Part shown: positions 63,618 to 64,000 of the stretch, piece by piece | How positions within the stretch are numbered: position 1 is the first letter of the stretch | Layout: the number at the start of each line of letters is the position of its first letter | From: Candidatus Poribacteria bacterium | Lineage (GTDB): Bacteria > Poribacteria > WGA-4E > WGA-3G | Direction of reading: 5' to 3' | Assembly: GCA_965197475.1 (NCBI GenBank) | Contig: CBDANF010000002.1 | Span: 288,001 to 352,000 of the forward strand | DNA: 64,000 nt | Notes under the pieces: model-generated | Told to the model about the DNA's origin: nothing | Seen by the model: the letters and a program-made list of their open reading frames with translations, nothing else | Databases searched by the model: none | Program-made: the position numbers and the translations under genes

Positions 63618-63983
63618 TCAATGCGAAAATAGGGTTTGCCGAAGATCGCGCATAACGTGTTGTCCGATCATTTGCATGCGATATTCCTCAAAATAGGCAA
63701 ACACAAACTCGCCTATCAATCCAAATACAAGAAAAATTGCAATCGTGCTCAAACCTTCCAATTCACCCAGAGTAATATGCTCATCGATAGCGATTTGCAT
63801 CAGAAAGGGTCCAACCAAACGAGAAAGTGTGGTACCAATCATAAGCAATGCAATCACAAACAATTGAACTTTATAGGGTTTGAGATATGAAAGGAGTCGC
63901 TTCATCAACACCCTGTCATACACTTTCCCGAGATCGTCCTCTTCCTCGCTATATTCATATAGACCGCTTCCCATACCGAACAT
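63618..63983 (-). pseudogene. ABC transporter permease/ATP-binding protein, 5' part truncated by IS1
   Basis: LMKRLLSYLKPYK...GQHVMRDLRQTLFSH* ends at the IS1 boundary. Confidence 0.82.
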
Positions 63984-64000
63984 AAGTTTGTTCCTCTCTA

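Noticed and set aside
1-64000. tRNA, rRNA or prophage genes
   Set aside because: None recognisable by eye; no phage structural or integrase genes seen

Overview
Bacterial chromosome window, most likely Candidatus Poribacteria. This assignment is an inference from the LamG/TolB proteins ending in a 'L-T-x-T-W-x-x-I/L-K' tail, the PhyH dioxygenases, WD40 proteins, and PSCyt/DUF1501 genes. Bases 1-44 kb are mostly core and metabolic: a CHAD-CHAD-ROK-VTC-like polyphosphate cluster, a PARIS-like AAA/DUF4435 pair, infC-rpmI-rplT, a T-box before pheST, ubiE, xdhC and nuoI. This part also holds several IS remnants, many frameshifted genes and GTAG-type REP palindromes. The highlight is 44-61.4 kb on the minus strand, an integrase-free cassette array. 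Six copies of the 3' end of guaB, with staggered 5' breakpoints and a fixed stop+RBS end, each precede a divergent TPR lipoprotein gene. Each lipoprotein is followed by a truncated 5' stub of a secreted HExxHxxxxxH metalloprotease family. Two long, divergent protease variants end in an identical FN3 tail, which lies in a 1.77-kb duplication that includes the 5' end of nuoI. The layout resembles a polymorphic effector / orphan-immunity array anchored on housekeeping-gene ends. A nested IS (IS701-like inside IS1) cuts off the upstream end of the array.
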